Source: Octopus sinensis
Taxonomy: Eukaryota
Reading direction: 5' to 3'
Assembly: GCF_006345805.1 (NCBI RefSeq)
Contig: NC_043012.1
Coordinates: 16,120,001 to 16,184,000, forward strand
DNA length: 64,000 nt
Made by a program: the position numbers and the translations under genes. Every line of letters begins with the position of its first letter. The stretch's first letter is position 1. The notes under the pieces are model-generated. The model was not told the origin of the DNA, ran no database searches, and worked only from the letters and a program-made list of their open reading frames with translations. Below are positions 13,690-26,449 of this stretch, in pieces.

Positions 13690-14610
13690 GTAAGATGCCG
13701 AAAAGTTCGTCTTCTTCGTCGGGGGACGAATCATCGATTGAGCGAGAAGCAAAGAAAATAGAAAGCAAAATTTTGAAAACATTTCTGATGTGTCGGAAAG
13801 CGAATTTCCGGCAGTACCAAGAGTTACGAATACCAAAAGAAAGACAGAAGAGAGACCATCCAAAATGAAGGAACGTTTTGCGTCAGTGGCTGGTGGTGGA
13901 ACGCGACAGCTGTCAACTGACATCAAAGAATTATTAAAATATAAAGATATGATAACAGAACGAGATTGAATAGTAAAATTGGAAATACCAGAAGAATTAA
14001 CGGAGGAAAAAAAGAAAATTATTATTTTAAAGACTTTCTGCTTAAAAGCTCGTAAAATTGATTAACTAAGTGAGCAAAAAATTGAAAAATGTCTAAAACC
14101 CATCTGGCAGGACATTACATATCTAGCCAGAGGCAAGAAGTTTGGAACCATCGTTGTCAGGTTCAAGAATGCAGAAACGGCACAAAAACACTCTATAAAA
14201 TTTTTAGAGTCAGAAAACACAATATAAATCTCAATTTACATGGAAATGAGAACATCAAAAGTGAGAATACCAAGAATTCCGCCCGGTGGAAACCCTATGT
14301 GCTTGATGGCGGCAGTCCTGACAAACAGGGAAGATAATATTGACCTCCTGCAGGATACCGTCACAGAAAATACCTATTGGACTGGTCAAACGCTTAACCT
14401 CATACTGCAGGCTGACCAAAAATTTTAGAACAGCTCCCAGAAATCGTGGAAGTAGGGAAGGAAGTTCTAAACATTTTTGTTGAGGGGCGTAAACCCCGAT
14501 GTTTCCAGTGTGGCCAACTGGGTCACATTAAAAAATATTGTAAAGAAGGTGCAGAAGAATCAGACGGCGAGGAGGAAGAAAGAGAGAGAGTGAAAGAGAA
14601 GGAAAAATAA
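13690..14610 (+). pseudogene. Tx1/L1-clade LINE ORF1 (gag-like), disrupted
   Basis: CX2CX4HX4C knuckle CFQCGQLGHIKKYC at 14500-14541. Preceding fragments (KVRIPRIPPG) lie in shifted frames. Directly upstream of the RT fragment. Confidence 0.75.
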
Positions 14611-14739
14611 ACAACAAAAGGAAAATGGAAGGCTCGAATTAGCAAAAGCAGAGCGAGCCGAGACAAAAAAAAATCATCCAAGAGAGACAAGCTGAGGAAG
14701 GTGGGGAGTGGGGGGATGACGAACAGAAGTAATAAATCT

Positions 14740-15409
14740 GACAAAGGTGGGGCATTGGTACATTTACACCAGTCTGAAGCTTTTGATAGGGTTGACCGTC
14801 GATACCTGGCGACTGTGCTTGTGCGGTTCGGCCTGGGCCCTAGCTTCCTCAGGTGGTTTATCGCTTTGTACCACAACGTTGACTCGATAGTTCGGGTAAA
14901 CGGTTTCCTTTCGAAGCCGTTCTGTATCAGACGCTCGGTTCGTCAAGGATGTCCGCTCTCACCACTTTTGTATGTGATGGCTCTCGAGCCGCTACTGCGA
15001 AGATTGAGTGGCATCCCGAGAGAACCAGGTCTAGAGGAGTTTGTTACGGCTTACGCGGATGATATCACCATCAGCGTAACCTCGGCAGCACGCCTACATG
15101 AAGTGGGTAAGACTATTGAAGCTTACGAGGAGGTGACAGGAGCAAAGATTAACCGGGAAAAGTCGGTCGGCTTGCACCTAGGTTAGCAAGTGGATGCCTT
15201 CAGACAGCGTTGTTGAGCGCTGGACGGAGGGACCGCTTAAGTTGCTGGGAGTTTGGTTTGGACCAGGCCTCCAGAGAGAGAACTGAACGAAGATATTGCG
15301 CACGGTGGCTGCAGTAGTCAAGACCTGGTCTTGGCGGTGGCTATTCCTGAAAGAGAGGGCGGACGTGGCCAATGTGTTTATCGCATCGGTCATTACCTAC
15401 CGCCTGTGA
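14740..15409 (+). pseudogene. Tx1/L1-clade reverse transcriptase fragment
   Basis: QSEAFDRVD, VRQGCPLSPLLY, AYADD, GAKINREKS, then KLLGVWFG after a frameshift. Confidence 0.92.
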
Positions 15410-17035
15410 AAAACGACTAAGACACGTCTGTTGTATTGTTAAACCTATTAGGGAGTGAAGCTTACCTCATATTAATTTCTTTTTTATATTATAAAGATTT
15501 CTCCGATATGAGACACTTTTGATATTACTTTTGTTAAGAAATCTAAATGTGAATACTTCGCCAAGGCAATCAGATATGACTGTAATATATTTTTAGTTTG
15601 TGTAAACTTTATAGACGCATTTACTCTATCTGTGGGCTTCAAAGGAAAGGTACAAATACAAAGTGTACAGATTATAAGAAAATGAAATACTTTACAAACT
15701 TTATAATTGTACGGCAACTGATTGAATTAGCATTTCCTCTATCTAGATTCGACATAATAAGTAACATGCATATACAATCATTGATCCAATGTACTATACG
15801 TACTTGCCTAGTTGGACCGCCTGCTTATGTGAGAATTAATTGATCGAAGCTGTAGGTGGTTTGGACTCAGAATGCAGATAGATAAAACAAAATTGGTCGG
15901 TGGTCTTCCAAATCTACTTCATCGCCGTTTAGCAATGAAAACAATATTGATTTCCATTTTGTTGCCGTGAACAAATGACGTATATAAACTGCCATCATTG
16001 ATCAAATGATGGTGGCGAACAACATCCTGTGTGGTAATAGAATAGAAACAAAACAGCCAGTGAATAAATAAAAAGTTTGACAACATAAAATGCGATAAAA
16101 ATATAAATTTGAATGATCTGTGCAAGCGCATAGACAGAGTAAGCCGACTTGGAGTAGCATTGTGTAAGCAATATACCGATACGTTATGTTGTGTGTGATA
16201 TTAATACGTAGTAAATTTATTATTGATAATGAACTATGGAGAAACTCTGGTTTAAAAAATAAAGATTGCAGTTTTCATGTTTTGTCTCACAATATAGTTG
16301 ATAAAATTGAAAATGAAACTCTATGACTTGCTTCTGTTTGCCGAGAAGTGAAAGCATATAAAGAATAAAAGAAATTCTAGTATTGTCAGATAAACGTATT
16401 ATAAATACAATAAAACTGCTTTCTTGTAAGTATTCATTGAATACAAATAAACAAACGTGTAGTTTCTATCGATAACCTTTATTGTTGATATTGATCAGTT
16501 TGAAAAGAACGTGTCATATAAGATTCAGTTTCACATTGGCATTAATTTCAGGTAACCGTTTATTTTTAATCATAGAATACAACACTATTTAATGTTTCGA
16601 AAGGTTTGATATATAATTGCATTTATTCCATTTACATTTTGGTCCGAATTTATGAAGTTAATTTATATCTTACGAAAATTGTATCTAATATTGATGATCC
16701 TTGCAGTTTTGAGGAATCGCACTAAAATATAGGTACTTTCGCCTTAGCAGGATTTCCTGACACTTAACATTTTTTTTCTCTTTTATATCCGTACCAACTT
16801 CTGCAACAATTTTTCTCTTCTTTTGAAAGCGAACTTTTAATAGGTTCTTTTTTATTCTGCGATGTTATTGCTGGGAAATCCTTATAAGCAGATTGGTTAC
16901 GGTCTGTACTTTATTGAGCTTCACATGTCGCTGTTCTGATAGGAGAGATTACTTTGGTTAATACTGTATATGACCAGAAGGAGTTGGAGAGAGAAGGTGA
17001 GATTAGAAGGAAAAGGCTAAACGTTTATAACTCCC

Positions 17036-17160
17036 CTTCCTCCTCCTCTTCCTCTTCTTCCTGTTCCTCCTACTCCTCCTTCTCCTCCTCCTGCTCTTCC
17101 TGCTCCTGCTCCTCCTCCTCCTCCTCCTACTACTACTACTACTACAGTTGCTGCTGCTGC
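17036..17160. repeat. Compound (TCC)n(TAC)n(TGC)n trinucleotide repeat
   Basis: Direct. Confidence 0.9.
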
Positions 17161-17555
17161 TTGTTTGTTTGTTAAGCGAAGCGGTCTTCGTCCCAGAGCT
17201 CGCAAGATCGCGCCTCTGTAGTGGGAGAAGTCCGAAACGTGGTCCTTTGCTATTCGTAAGACTCGCAGAAGAGAAAGCAAGTCAACCCCCGACACCGAGA
17301 GCATCGACGGATGGATGAATGCGCATCCAGGCTCAGCGGTTGCGTAGGAGGTCAGGGACAAGAAATAGGAAGAAAGGGTGAGAGAAAGTTGGGGCGAAAG
17401 AGTACAACAGGGGTCGCCACCACCCACTGCCAGAGCGTCGTGGAGCTTTAGATGTTTTCACGCAATAAACACACACAACTCTCGGTCTGGGAATCGAAAC
17501 CGCGATCCTCCGACCGTGAGTCCGCTGCCCTAACCATTGGGCCATTGCGCCTCCA
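17161..17555 (-). mobile_element. SINE family B head with a second tail type ending in (AAAC)n
   Basis: Head near-identical to the 6036 and 37173 copies; tail shared with the 27829 copy. Confidence 0.88.
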
Positions 17556-18181
17556 CTGCTAGTGCTGCTGTTGTCACTGCTTTCGCCGCTGTTGCGCTGC
17601 TTCTGTCTTTTAAATCTCAAGCCAATACTGAACATGTTCTGCGCTTGAGGATAAATTATTTAATTGTCAAACAACAGGTCATATTTTGGTTACACTACTT
17701 TTTAATAAATCACATTCATTGCCGTATACCTTGTTTTTCGCTCTATATCAAGTAAATGATAATCTTCATGGTATTATTATCAATCAACTTACTTTGAAAC
17801 AAAGAAACTGAAAACAGGTATACTTTATCGTTATCTGCAAATATCGAACTTTTAATGGTAGTGAAGTGTAAATATATTTCATAGACCATCATAGAAATAC
17901 AATCAAAAATATTTCTGAATATTTATGTAACATTATTTCCCAGGTTTTGCTTTAATTTTAATCCATTTTCCTTTTGTGGGATAGCCATGGGTTTCTTATA
18001 TGCATTCAGGTTAAATAGTCAGGGAAGTGTACTGATTTCAGTCCATAGGTGTGCTTCTCACCAACAGAGCTAAAACTCCATTCTGAAAGTATGCGCTGCA
18101 CAAAGCTGCTAATGGTGCTATTAAAACAAAATAAAAAAAGCGATAGTTATTCGATGGGCATTTGTAGAAACGCTATTATCC

Positions 18182-18256
<75 letters not shown>

Positions 18257-18954
18257 TGAATGCGTGTGTGTGTGTGTGTGGTGTGTGTGTGTGTGTATCC
18301 ATATATATACATATGTATATATGATATTTCGTTTTTGTATATTACAAGATTCTTCATGTGTACTCATGTGATGAATTAGATTTTGTTATTTATGATTGAC
18401 ATTATGACCATCCCGACAACTACCTTCGTAATTTCTGCCGATAACTAATAAAGCTTATGATATGACTAACACTTTGTGCAAGTTAGCCTGCAATTCAACT
18501 TACATGAGTACATAATAAATCAGTTTAGTATATTTGATATAACAAAGTATCATAGTATTTCTTAAGGACGAGCTAAGCGTGTATAACGAAATCCATATCA
18601 TTTTTATTACGAATAAGAATATTCTTAAAGTAGTATATTTATAGGAGGAGAAACATTTTAAACGCAAACTTCTATTCCTATTATAATCGAAGATAAAACT
18701 TTTCCTTTCCAGATCACCAGACTAACAAATGATTATATTCAAGTCAGATTTCATGTTTGCAAGCCTATTCGTGAGGAATTATTTTCATTAGAATTTTAAA
18801 AGTCGGTTAACCCTCGGCTATTTTCTTATTAATAACATGTTAAGAAATCACCAAGACGATTAAAATTGCGCGCAGCACTATCCTTTGTAGTTTTATGGTT
18901 TCTCAATAAAATGAATTTCTCGAAATTTGAAAATGTTGCAGATGTTCGATGAAT

Positions 18955-19365
18955 AGGCGAAGGAGTGGCTGTGTGGTGAGTAGCTTGCTTACCAACCACA
19001 GGGTTCTGGGTTCAGTCCCACTGCGTGGCACCTTGGGCAAGTGTCTTTTACTATAGCCTTGCGCCAACCAAAGCCTTGTGAGTTGATTTGGTAGACGGAA
19101 ACTGGAAGAAGCCCGTCGTATATATATATGAGTGTATGTGTGTGTATATGTTTGTGTGTCTGTGTTTGTCCCCCCAACATCGCTTGACAACCGATGCTGT
19201 TGTGTTTACGTCCCCGTAACTTAGCGGTTCGGCTAAAGAGCCCGATAGAATAAGTACTAGGCTTACAAAGAATAAGTCCTGGGATCGATTTGCTCGACTA
19301 AAGGCGGTGCTCCAGCATGGCCGCAGTCAAATAACTGAAACAAGTAAAAGAAAGAAAAGAAAAGA
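18955..19365 (+). mobile_element. SINE family D, full length, with internal (TA)n(TG)n
   Basis: GGAGTGGCTGTGTGG (A box), GGGTTCAGTCCC (B box), CCTTGGGCAAGTGTC, 3' GCTCCAGCATGGCCGCAGTC, (AAAG)n tail. Multiple copies in the window. Confidence 0.9.
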
Positions 19366-20209
19366 ATAGTAAATCATCTAGAAGAATTTGTGTTGAATAT
19401 GCAGCACTGGACATGCAGGAAAAATTCCGATAAAGAAGCAGCAGATTTGGTTGTATATGAACTGATCCAGTGATACTGATGCTGTGTGCGGTGTTATTGA
19501 TATTCATAACGACGTTATAGATTGTTAAATTGTAGGAACGAATTCATATTAATTTATTTGCACTTATTGATCCTATATTTATCATTGTTTCTATGTGATT
19601 GATTACAATTTTCCTCTCATCCTTAATCGTCGAGAAAGACTTCTGAAACGATTTTGGAAGAGCGTCTGAGATTAGTGCAATTGGAAATTTATTTTAAACT
19701 TCTGTACAGCTACTCGTTTATATGAAAACAAAAATAGTGAGAACATTTCACATAATTGTAGTTTGGGTGAGATAGTGTTTAAAAGTAATTTGCGAGGTTT
19801 GACAAAGGAGACACAACCATCAAGAGGGATCACGGATGTATCGGAAAAGTTAGGACACATTTTTATGGATATTCTAGATGCAGACAACCAAAAGATGAAG
19901 AACAGTTAAAAAAGCTGCAGAAAATAATACTGTGACTAATTTTCAAAATTTAGATTTTTAGTGTGAATAACAAAGCAGGCATAGTTAATATTTTTCTATA
20001 TGCCTCAAGATATTTGTGGGTTTTTTTAAGAACGGAACAGTTCCAGACATTTTAGTTAAAATCTAATTCACATTATATTAGATTTCTGCAGATTAGCAGG
20101 TGAGACACTAGTCAAGAATAAAATATATGTTATCTGAAGGTAAAGAGAGACGTTAACGTTAAAGTAGACATTGCGTAATGATTATACATACATACACACA
20201 CGCGCACAC

Positions 20210-20280
<71 letters not shown>

Positions 20281-20282
<2 letters not shown>

Positions 20283-20789
20283 TAAATAAATGGAGTTGAA
20301 CGCAGTTGCTATTCAAATTCTTTTACTTTCGACATATGTTTCGAAGACAACATTGGTTTTATTCCAAATGAATAAACGGTGTAAAATGCAATCTTCTCAT
20401 TAAGAAAGAAAGAGACCCTATCTCAACAACAAGACATTATAACAATTACGATGACTGCATAAATGATAAACAGAACATTATTAAGTATTTAAAAAAAAAA
20501 CGTTAGTAGATTCGACGTCAAAGGCAGATACTAGAAAGAGGTGTATTCCTTTGGAATAAAACCAATGTTGTCTTCGAAACATATGTCGAAAGTAAAAGAA
20601 TTTGAATAGCATCTGCGTTCAACTTCATTTATTTTCTTATTCTACACAAATTACTGCACATTAATCCGAAGTTTCTACCTTTGAATAGGTCGCTTCATCC
20701 TTGTTACTTGCGTCAATTTTGCTACCCTGGTAACTGTTTATTGAATTTTCCATGTTAACGGTAAACAAAGGATAATTCATTCATCCATT

Positions 20790-20790
<1 letters not shown>
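20281..20790. mobile_element. Penelope pLTR-like element with a 94-bp inverted repeat, between two (TA)n tracts
   Basis: Arms 20284-20377 and 20541-20634 (~4 mismatches). Hammerhead-like motif on the minus strand at 20326-20408. Confidence 0.7.
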
Positions 20791-20865
<75 letters not shown>

Positions 20866-21487
20866 TCAATATAAGGGTAGCAAAAGATTCAATAGAAATT
20901 TTTTTCGCCACCAGCAGTCTAGTGAGAAAGAAAAAATAGTCAAAAGACTATATAATATACATTCAACAATAATATTAAGAAATGGCCTTAATAGGCCATT
21001 CAACTCACTAAAACGAGCAGCTAAACTCAAACCGCTAAATAGTAGTAATTCAGAAATCAAAGGAAAATTAAAAACATTTACCCTAATCATCTTTGGACAA
21101 TGCATTGTTTCGACGTACTTTTTGGTAAACCAGCCTTATTAAATTAGATTTAATCAAGTCAATTTACTTGATTAAATTGACTTGATTAAATTTATGATTA
21201 CCGATAAAGTGCTTTACCATTAAGCTAAACTGTCCACTGACAAATTAATACGCAATCTTTGAACTTATAAATCTAGCTTTATAAGACACTGTATGTTAAA
21301 TTCAAATGCAAGCAGACAAAGTTTGCCTTTTAGAAACGCCGAGATATATTGAAATATACAGATAAGGAAATAATTTATTGTCAAATACAGAAAAATGTTG
21401 AGAGAATAATACATCTCTAAAAATGTATCTCTAAAAAGTAAAGTTTGTTTACAGTTATCGTAATTTGAATTCATATATATATATATA

Positions 21488-21717
21488 GGCGCAGAAGTGG
21501 CCGTGTGCTAAGTAACTTGCTTACAAACCACGTAGTTCCAGGTTCAGTCCCACTGCGTGGCACCTGCGCGAGTGTCTTCTACTATAGCCCCGGGCTGACC
21601 AAAGCCTTGTGAGTGGAATTGGTTGAAAGAAACTGAAAGAAGCCCTTCGTATATATATATATATATGTGCGTGTGTGTGTGTTTGTGTGTGTCTGTGTTT
21701 GTACCTATACCATCGCT
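21488..21717 (+). mobile_element. SINE family D, 5' half, abruptly interrupted
   Basis: Matches 18955-19183, then breaks at CATCGCT. Confidence 0.85.
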
Positions 21718-21905
21718 GAAGTAGACATTGCGTAATGATCATACATACATATATACATATATGGTAAGGTACAGATGAGGAAATAATGGATTCTCAAACG
21801 CAGTAACATGCTGAAAGAACAGGAGGAACAGGATAGAATATATAGAATTCGTCAGCAGCCAACCCTGCCACTGGAACTCACATCCCTATGATTACCGATA
21901 ATCAT

Positions 21906-22185
21906 GTCAGATTTCATGTTTGCAAGCCTATTCGTGAGGAATTATTTTCATTAGAATTTTAAAAGTCGGTTAACCCTCGGCTATTTTCTTATTAATAACA
22001 TGTTAAGAAATCACCAAGACGATTAAAATTGCGCGCAGCACTATCCTTTGTAGTTTTATGGTTTCTCAATAAAATGAATTTCTCGAAATTTGAAAATGTT
22101 GCAGATGTTCAATGAATAGACGTAGAAGTGGCTGTGTGGTAAGTAGCTTGCTTACCAACCACAGGGTTCTGGGTTCAGTCCCACT
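21906..22185 (+). repeat. 280-bp near-identical direct duplication of 18743-19022
   Basis: Same length, only a handful of substitutions. Includes ~210 bp of non-SINE flank plus a SINE D head. Confidence 0.92.
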
Positions 22186-22254
22186 ACTATAGCCTAGGGC
22201 TGACCAAAGCCTTGTGGGTGGAAGGGGTGGAAGAAAACTGAAATAAACCCTTCG

Positions 22255-22334
<80 letters not shown>

Positions 22335-22545
22335 TGTGTGTGCCTGTGTTTGTTCCCACACCGTCGCTTATCAACCGATGTTGGTATGTCTACGTCCCCG
22401 TAACTTAGTGATTCGGAAAAAGCGGCCGATATAATAAGTACTAGGCTTAAAAAGAATAACTCTGGCGTCGATTTGTTCGACTAAAGGCCGTGATTCATCA
22501 TGGCTGCAGTCAAATGACCAATTTAAATAAAAGAATAAAAGAATA
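22118..22545 (+). mobile_element. SINE family D, chimeric with an internal deletion
   Basis: Lacks GCGTGGCACCTTGGGCAAGTGTCTT; 3' part much more diverged than the 5' part. Confidence 0.85.
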
Positions 22546-22766
22546 ATATGCATATATGTGTGTGTGTGTAAGTATATATATATTCATTTATTTATATATA
22601 TTTGTGAGTATGTGAGCGTGTGTGTGTACGTGTATGTAAATATACATAAAACATACGCAAACAAATAAGTATATACACATATGCATACATACTGACCTTC
22701 AAAGACACCAACCCACCAATACATACAGAGCTCGCACACGTACATACATACATACCTACACAAATG

Positions 22767-22799
<33 letters not shown>

Positions 22800-22892
22800 T
22801 ATAAGTGTGTATACATATATATATGTATGTGTGTATATATATATAGAGAGAGAGAAAGAGAGAGAGAGAGAGAGGTCAATAAAGTGACAGAG

Positions 22893-22934
<42 letters not shown>

Positions 22935-23018
22935 GCAAGGAGTAAATAGACACCCTTATAATCTTTAAATCTTAAATTATACATTCAAATTATTTGCTAG
23001 TTGTTATAATGTGAACAT

Positions 23019-23229
23019 TTAATATTTAGTAGACATGCTCTTTGCATTTTTCAATACAAGGGCTCTATTAGGCATGGAACTGATCAGATGGTGAATATTC
23101 TCTTGCGGAATTTCTTACTAAGTTTCAGGCAATAAACTCAAAAGATCTGGCCTTGAAGATGCTTTCTTGTTCTGCTTATGAAATGCCCTGCCCATTTTGC
23201 CCCAAAAATGTTCTGTTGAGTTCATATCC
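23019..23229 (-). pseudogene. Tc1-family transposase C-terminal remnant
   Basis: Minus strand: DMNSTEHFWGKMGR (cf. DLNPIEHLW) and EIPQENIHHLISSMPNR..KNAKSMSTKY* (cf. SMPxR..AKGxxTKY). Confidence 0.75.
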
Positions 23230-23560
23230 TACATACATACACACACGCATACACACAGACATATATATTAATATATAAGTAGATAGTTAAATAGATGGGT
23301 GTGTATATGTGTATGTCTATATTAGAAATAACTACGATAAAATGAAAAGTTGTTCTCTATACAGCTTTCTTGCAACATATCAATTATATCTAAGTGTTAA
23401 ATAATGAGCCTAGATTCTCACGTTCTAATTGAAAGAGTGGTTTTTCCAAGCACAATTTTCATTTAATCATTGTATATCGTACCTTATATGTCTGAGTTAA
23501 GTATGGGGTATATCAATAGTGGCGATTACATAGGAATAAAAGTGAGTGTATGTGTTTTTA

Positions 23561-24341
23561 TGTTGTAATCCTTAATGTCGGATTGATATAACGCCCGCTC
23601 TGGTATAGCAGAATAGTTAGTAAGACAATAAGACCACGACTACTTGTGACCGTCTACTTCGTACACTCTACCGACACTTACTGATTGTATTTATAATGAC
23701 TATCACATACTACTCGTCCCGTGAGAGGGGTGTACCATTATTACTATTGTGCCCATCACATCATCCCTTTCAAGTTTTTCTTTTTTTCTTTGGAACTTAA
23801 TTTTATTTTTTTACTAGCAATAATTTTGTATCAACCCCATCTCCCATATTTGAGATTTTTTGCGTTTGGCATCCATTTCCAGGGACTCTGTTCATTTTCT
23901 TTCTTAGGCTTGTGCTTCTGGGTTCAATTACTTTGAAAAATATCATATAACCATTCCATTGGTTCTTCCGTTCTCTTGGGTTCACTTTCAAGAAATCTCT
24001 TTTTTCAGTTGGTTCATGTGTCTCTTGTACACGCCTTTTCTACTTTTTACCAAGTATAGCATTTTTCCAATGCGTTTGGCATTCACGTCATGTTCCCAAC
24101 TCTGTTTTCCGTTCTTATATGCCATCACAAATAACTTTTCGTCAATTTTGAAAAATTGGTTTCCGTTGCAATTCTATTTTTCTTTCCAGGTTGCAATTCC
24201 TGTAAGTAAGACCACAACTATCTATGACCGTCTACTTCGTACTCTCTACCGACACTCACTGACTGATTGTATTTATAATGACTAGCAGATACTACTCGTC
24301 ACGCTGGAGCAGTTAAGGTTAGGGTTACTATTTCCCCCACA
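23561..24341 (-). mobile_element. Internally deleted Gypsy LTR retrotransposon remnant
   Basis: ~90-bp direct repeats at 23631-23718 and 24208-24300. 200-bp TG..CA LTR at 23561-23760 preceded by a purine tract and containing TATAAATA. Integrase C-terminus-like YKNGKQSW..KRIGKMLYLV..KRHMNQLKK. No matching TSD found. Confidence 0.7.
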
Positions 24342-24699
24342 ATACTTAATCTGTAGCAGCAAATAGGTCGTTCATGCACCAATTTAAATTGAAGTAATAC
24401 ATAACTGAATCGCTAAGGATTCCATATTGCAAGGAATATGGGTGGGAAAGAAACTTGTCAACATACGTTGCAAGGAAATAACTTTGTTGGGAATTTACGA
24501 TCCGAAAGTTGGAAGTGGAATAGAGCTCTTTGGTGTAAAATTCAGATGAAAACGTAATATGCCCGACGCGTTTCTTAGTACGTAAACTCTATTGATACCA
24601 AAACTAACAGTGTTTTCGTCGGAGATTTCTGAAACAATTTTACTTGTGTAACATAAAACAGCAAGCAAGTGAATATCCGTAAACGTTATTTGTCCTAAC

Positions 24700-24865
24700 T
24701 TCTTCCGGCTTCATTGTCTGAGTTAAACTTCTGACGAGGTCGACTTTGCGTATCATCTTTTTGAGGTTGATGACGTATGTACCAATAAAACATTGGGGTC
24801 GATGTAATTGACTAATACCCTGACCCAAAATTTCAGTCCAGCCTATAATAGAAAGGGTTATTTGT
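24700..24865 (+). mobile_element. Old SINE family A copy
   Basis: GAGGTCGACTTTGCG..TGGGGTCGATGTAATTGAC. Confidence 0.6.
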
Positions 24866-26325
24866 GATAACCATATAGATGTATACATATGATATGATAA
24901 ATAAGGATTTATTTATGCATGTATCCATTTCATTAAAACTATGGGTGTGTTTCGCTACTAGAGTAGTATGAATGACGACCAAGCAAAGTTTAAAGAAATA
25001 GAGTTTAAAATATTATTGGCGGTGTTTTGATCAGTTCTGTGGGAAATTGTAGATAATTCTGAATAAGTCAATGGAATCAATGAGCTTCGTAACAGCATGG
25101 GTCATTGATTACTTTGTTTACTTAAATCTTAGAGTAGGAAACTGCGGAATGTTTATCTAATTTGCTAGTTGTTCGCTCCAGAAGAACTCTCTTTCCGTCA
25201 TCTTCCTGTCGATACATGTGAGTATGATTTTTATTTAGCTCAACTGTATTTCTTGCGAAAGAGTATAAACAGATTTATTTGAAAGCTGAGTCAAAATTGT
25301 ATGAATGTATTTCCTATTACAATTATACCCCTCCGGGAACAAAATCTTCCATATGAGGATTCAACAATCATAAATATCTTTTCAAACATAACTGGCTACG
25401 AATTTCATAAACAGACGGTATAATAGTTTCTCTTTATCTGTAAAATTGGTAACCTCTATTGTTTACTTCTTTTCGTTTCTTTTTGATTCAGATATTATGC
25501 TCTAAATTATGATGGTATGAATCTTTTGATAAGTTATTAAAATGTTAATATCATGTTTATTAGCAACATAAATTGATTTTGTATCGAAACTTACATAGAT
25601 TTCTTAACAATTATAACCAAATAATACGAACTTCATTTCCAACTGGCACAATGACTGTAGTATATAAAACAGCGTCGAAACTCTGCTGATTCTTAGAGGG
25701 GTTTTCATTTACTCTCTGTTGTTATCTTTATTTAGATTACAGATGTTGAGTTCATAGATTAGTAGAAAGCAAACCATTGAATGTTATTAGAAAACAAATG
25801 ACTGTTTATGAGAAAAGAGGATTAGATTAAAACATAAACAGGTTAGATGTCACCAAAAATAAAATAAATTGTATTGTTTCATCTCCTGCGTTAATTTTTG
25901 CACCCAATAATTGTGTCATACAGTAATTGAAATTTTGTATTAAAATTTACACCTCATTCAGCTCAATTAGCAATGAAATAAACACTACATCAGTTCTGTC
26001 AATTTTCAAGAAATATAGAGCTACTAATGAGGCAGACATTTTTGAAGAAAAAAAACGGATAAATCTATTCTCACAATATCATTAAATTAAAATATATCAA
26101 GTTAAAATTTACCTGAAATATATATTTCCTAAATGATATTATCATTAATAATAGCATTCATTAGCGGTATGGGTGAATCATTGCATTCGTGAAAAAACAT
26201 CGATATTCATCCTTTATAAGGAATTCCGACATAAACGGTAGCGGTTAAGTGATAAACTGTAAATGATATCGATTGCGAGGACAGTTTTTTCGTTTCGTAT
26301 TTTCGTGCTAAAATTTTGCGCTGCT

Positions 26326-26364
<39 letters not shown>

Positions 26365-26389
26365 ACACACACACACACATATATATTTA

Positions 26390-26449
<60 letters not shown>

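Noticed and set aside
23631-24300. CRISPR-like or tandem direct repeats
   Set aside because: Only two ~90-bp copies, explained as LTR pieces; eukaryotic context, no cas genes.
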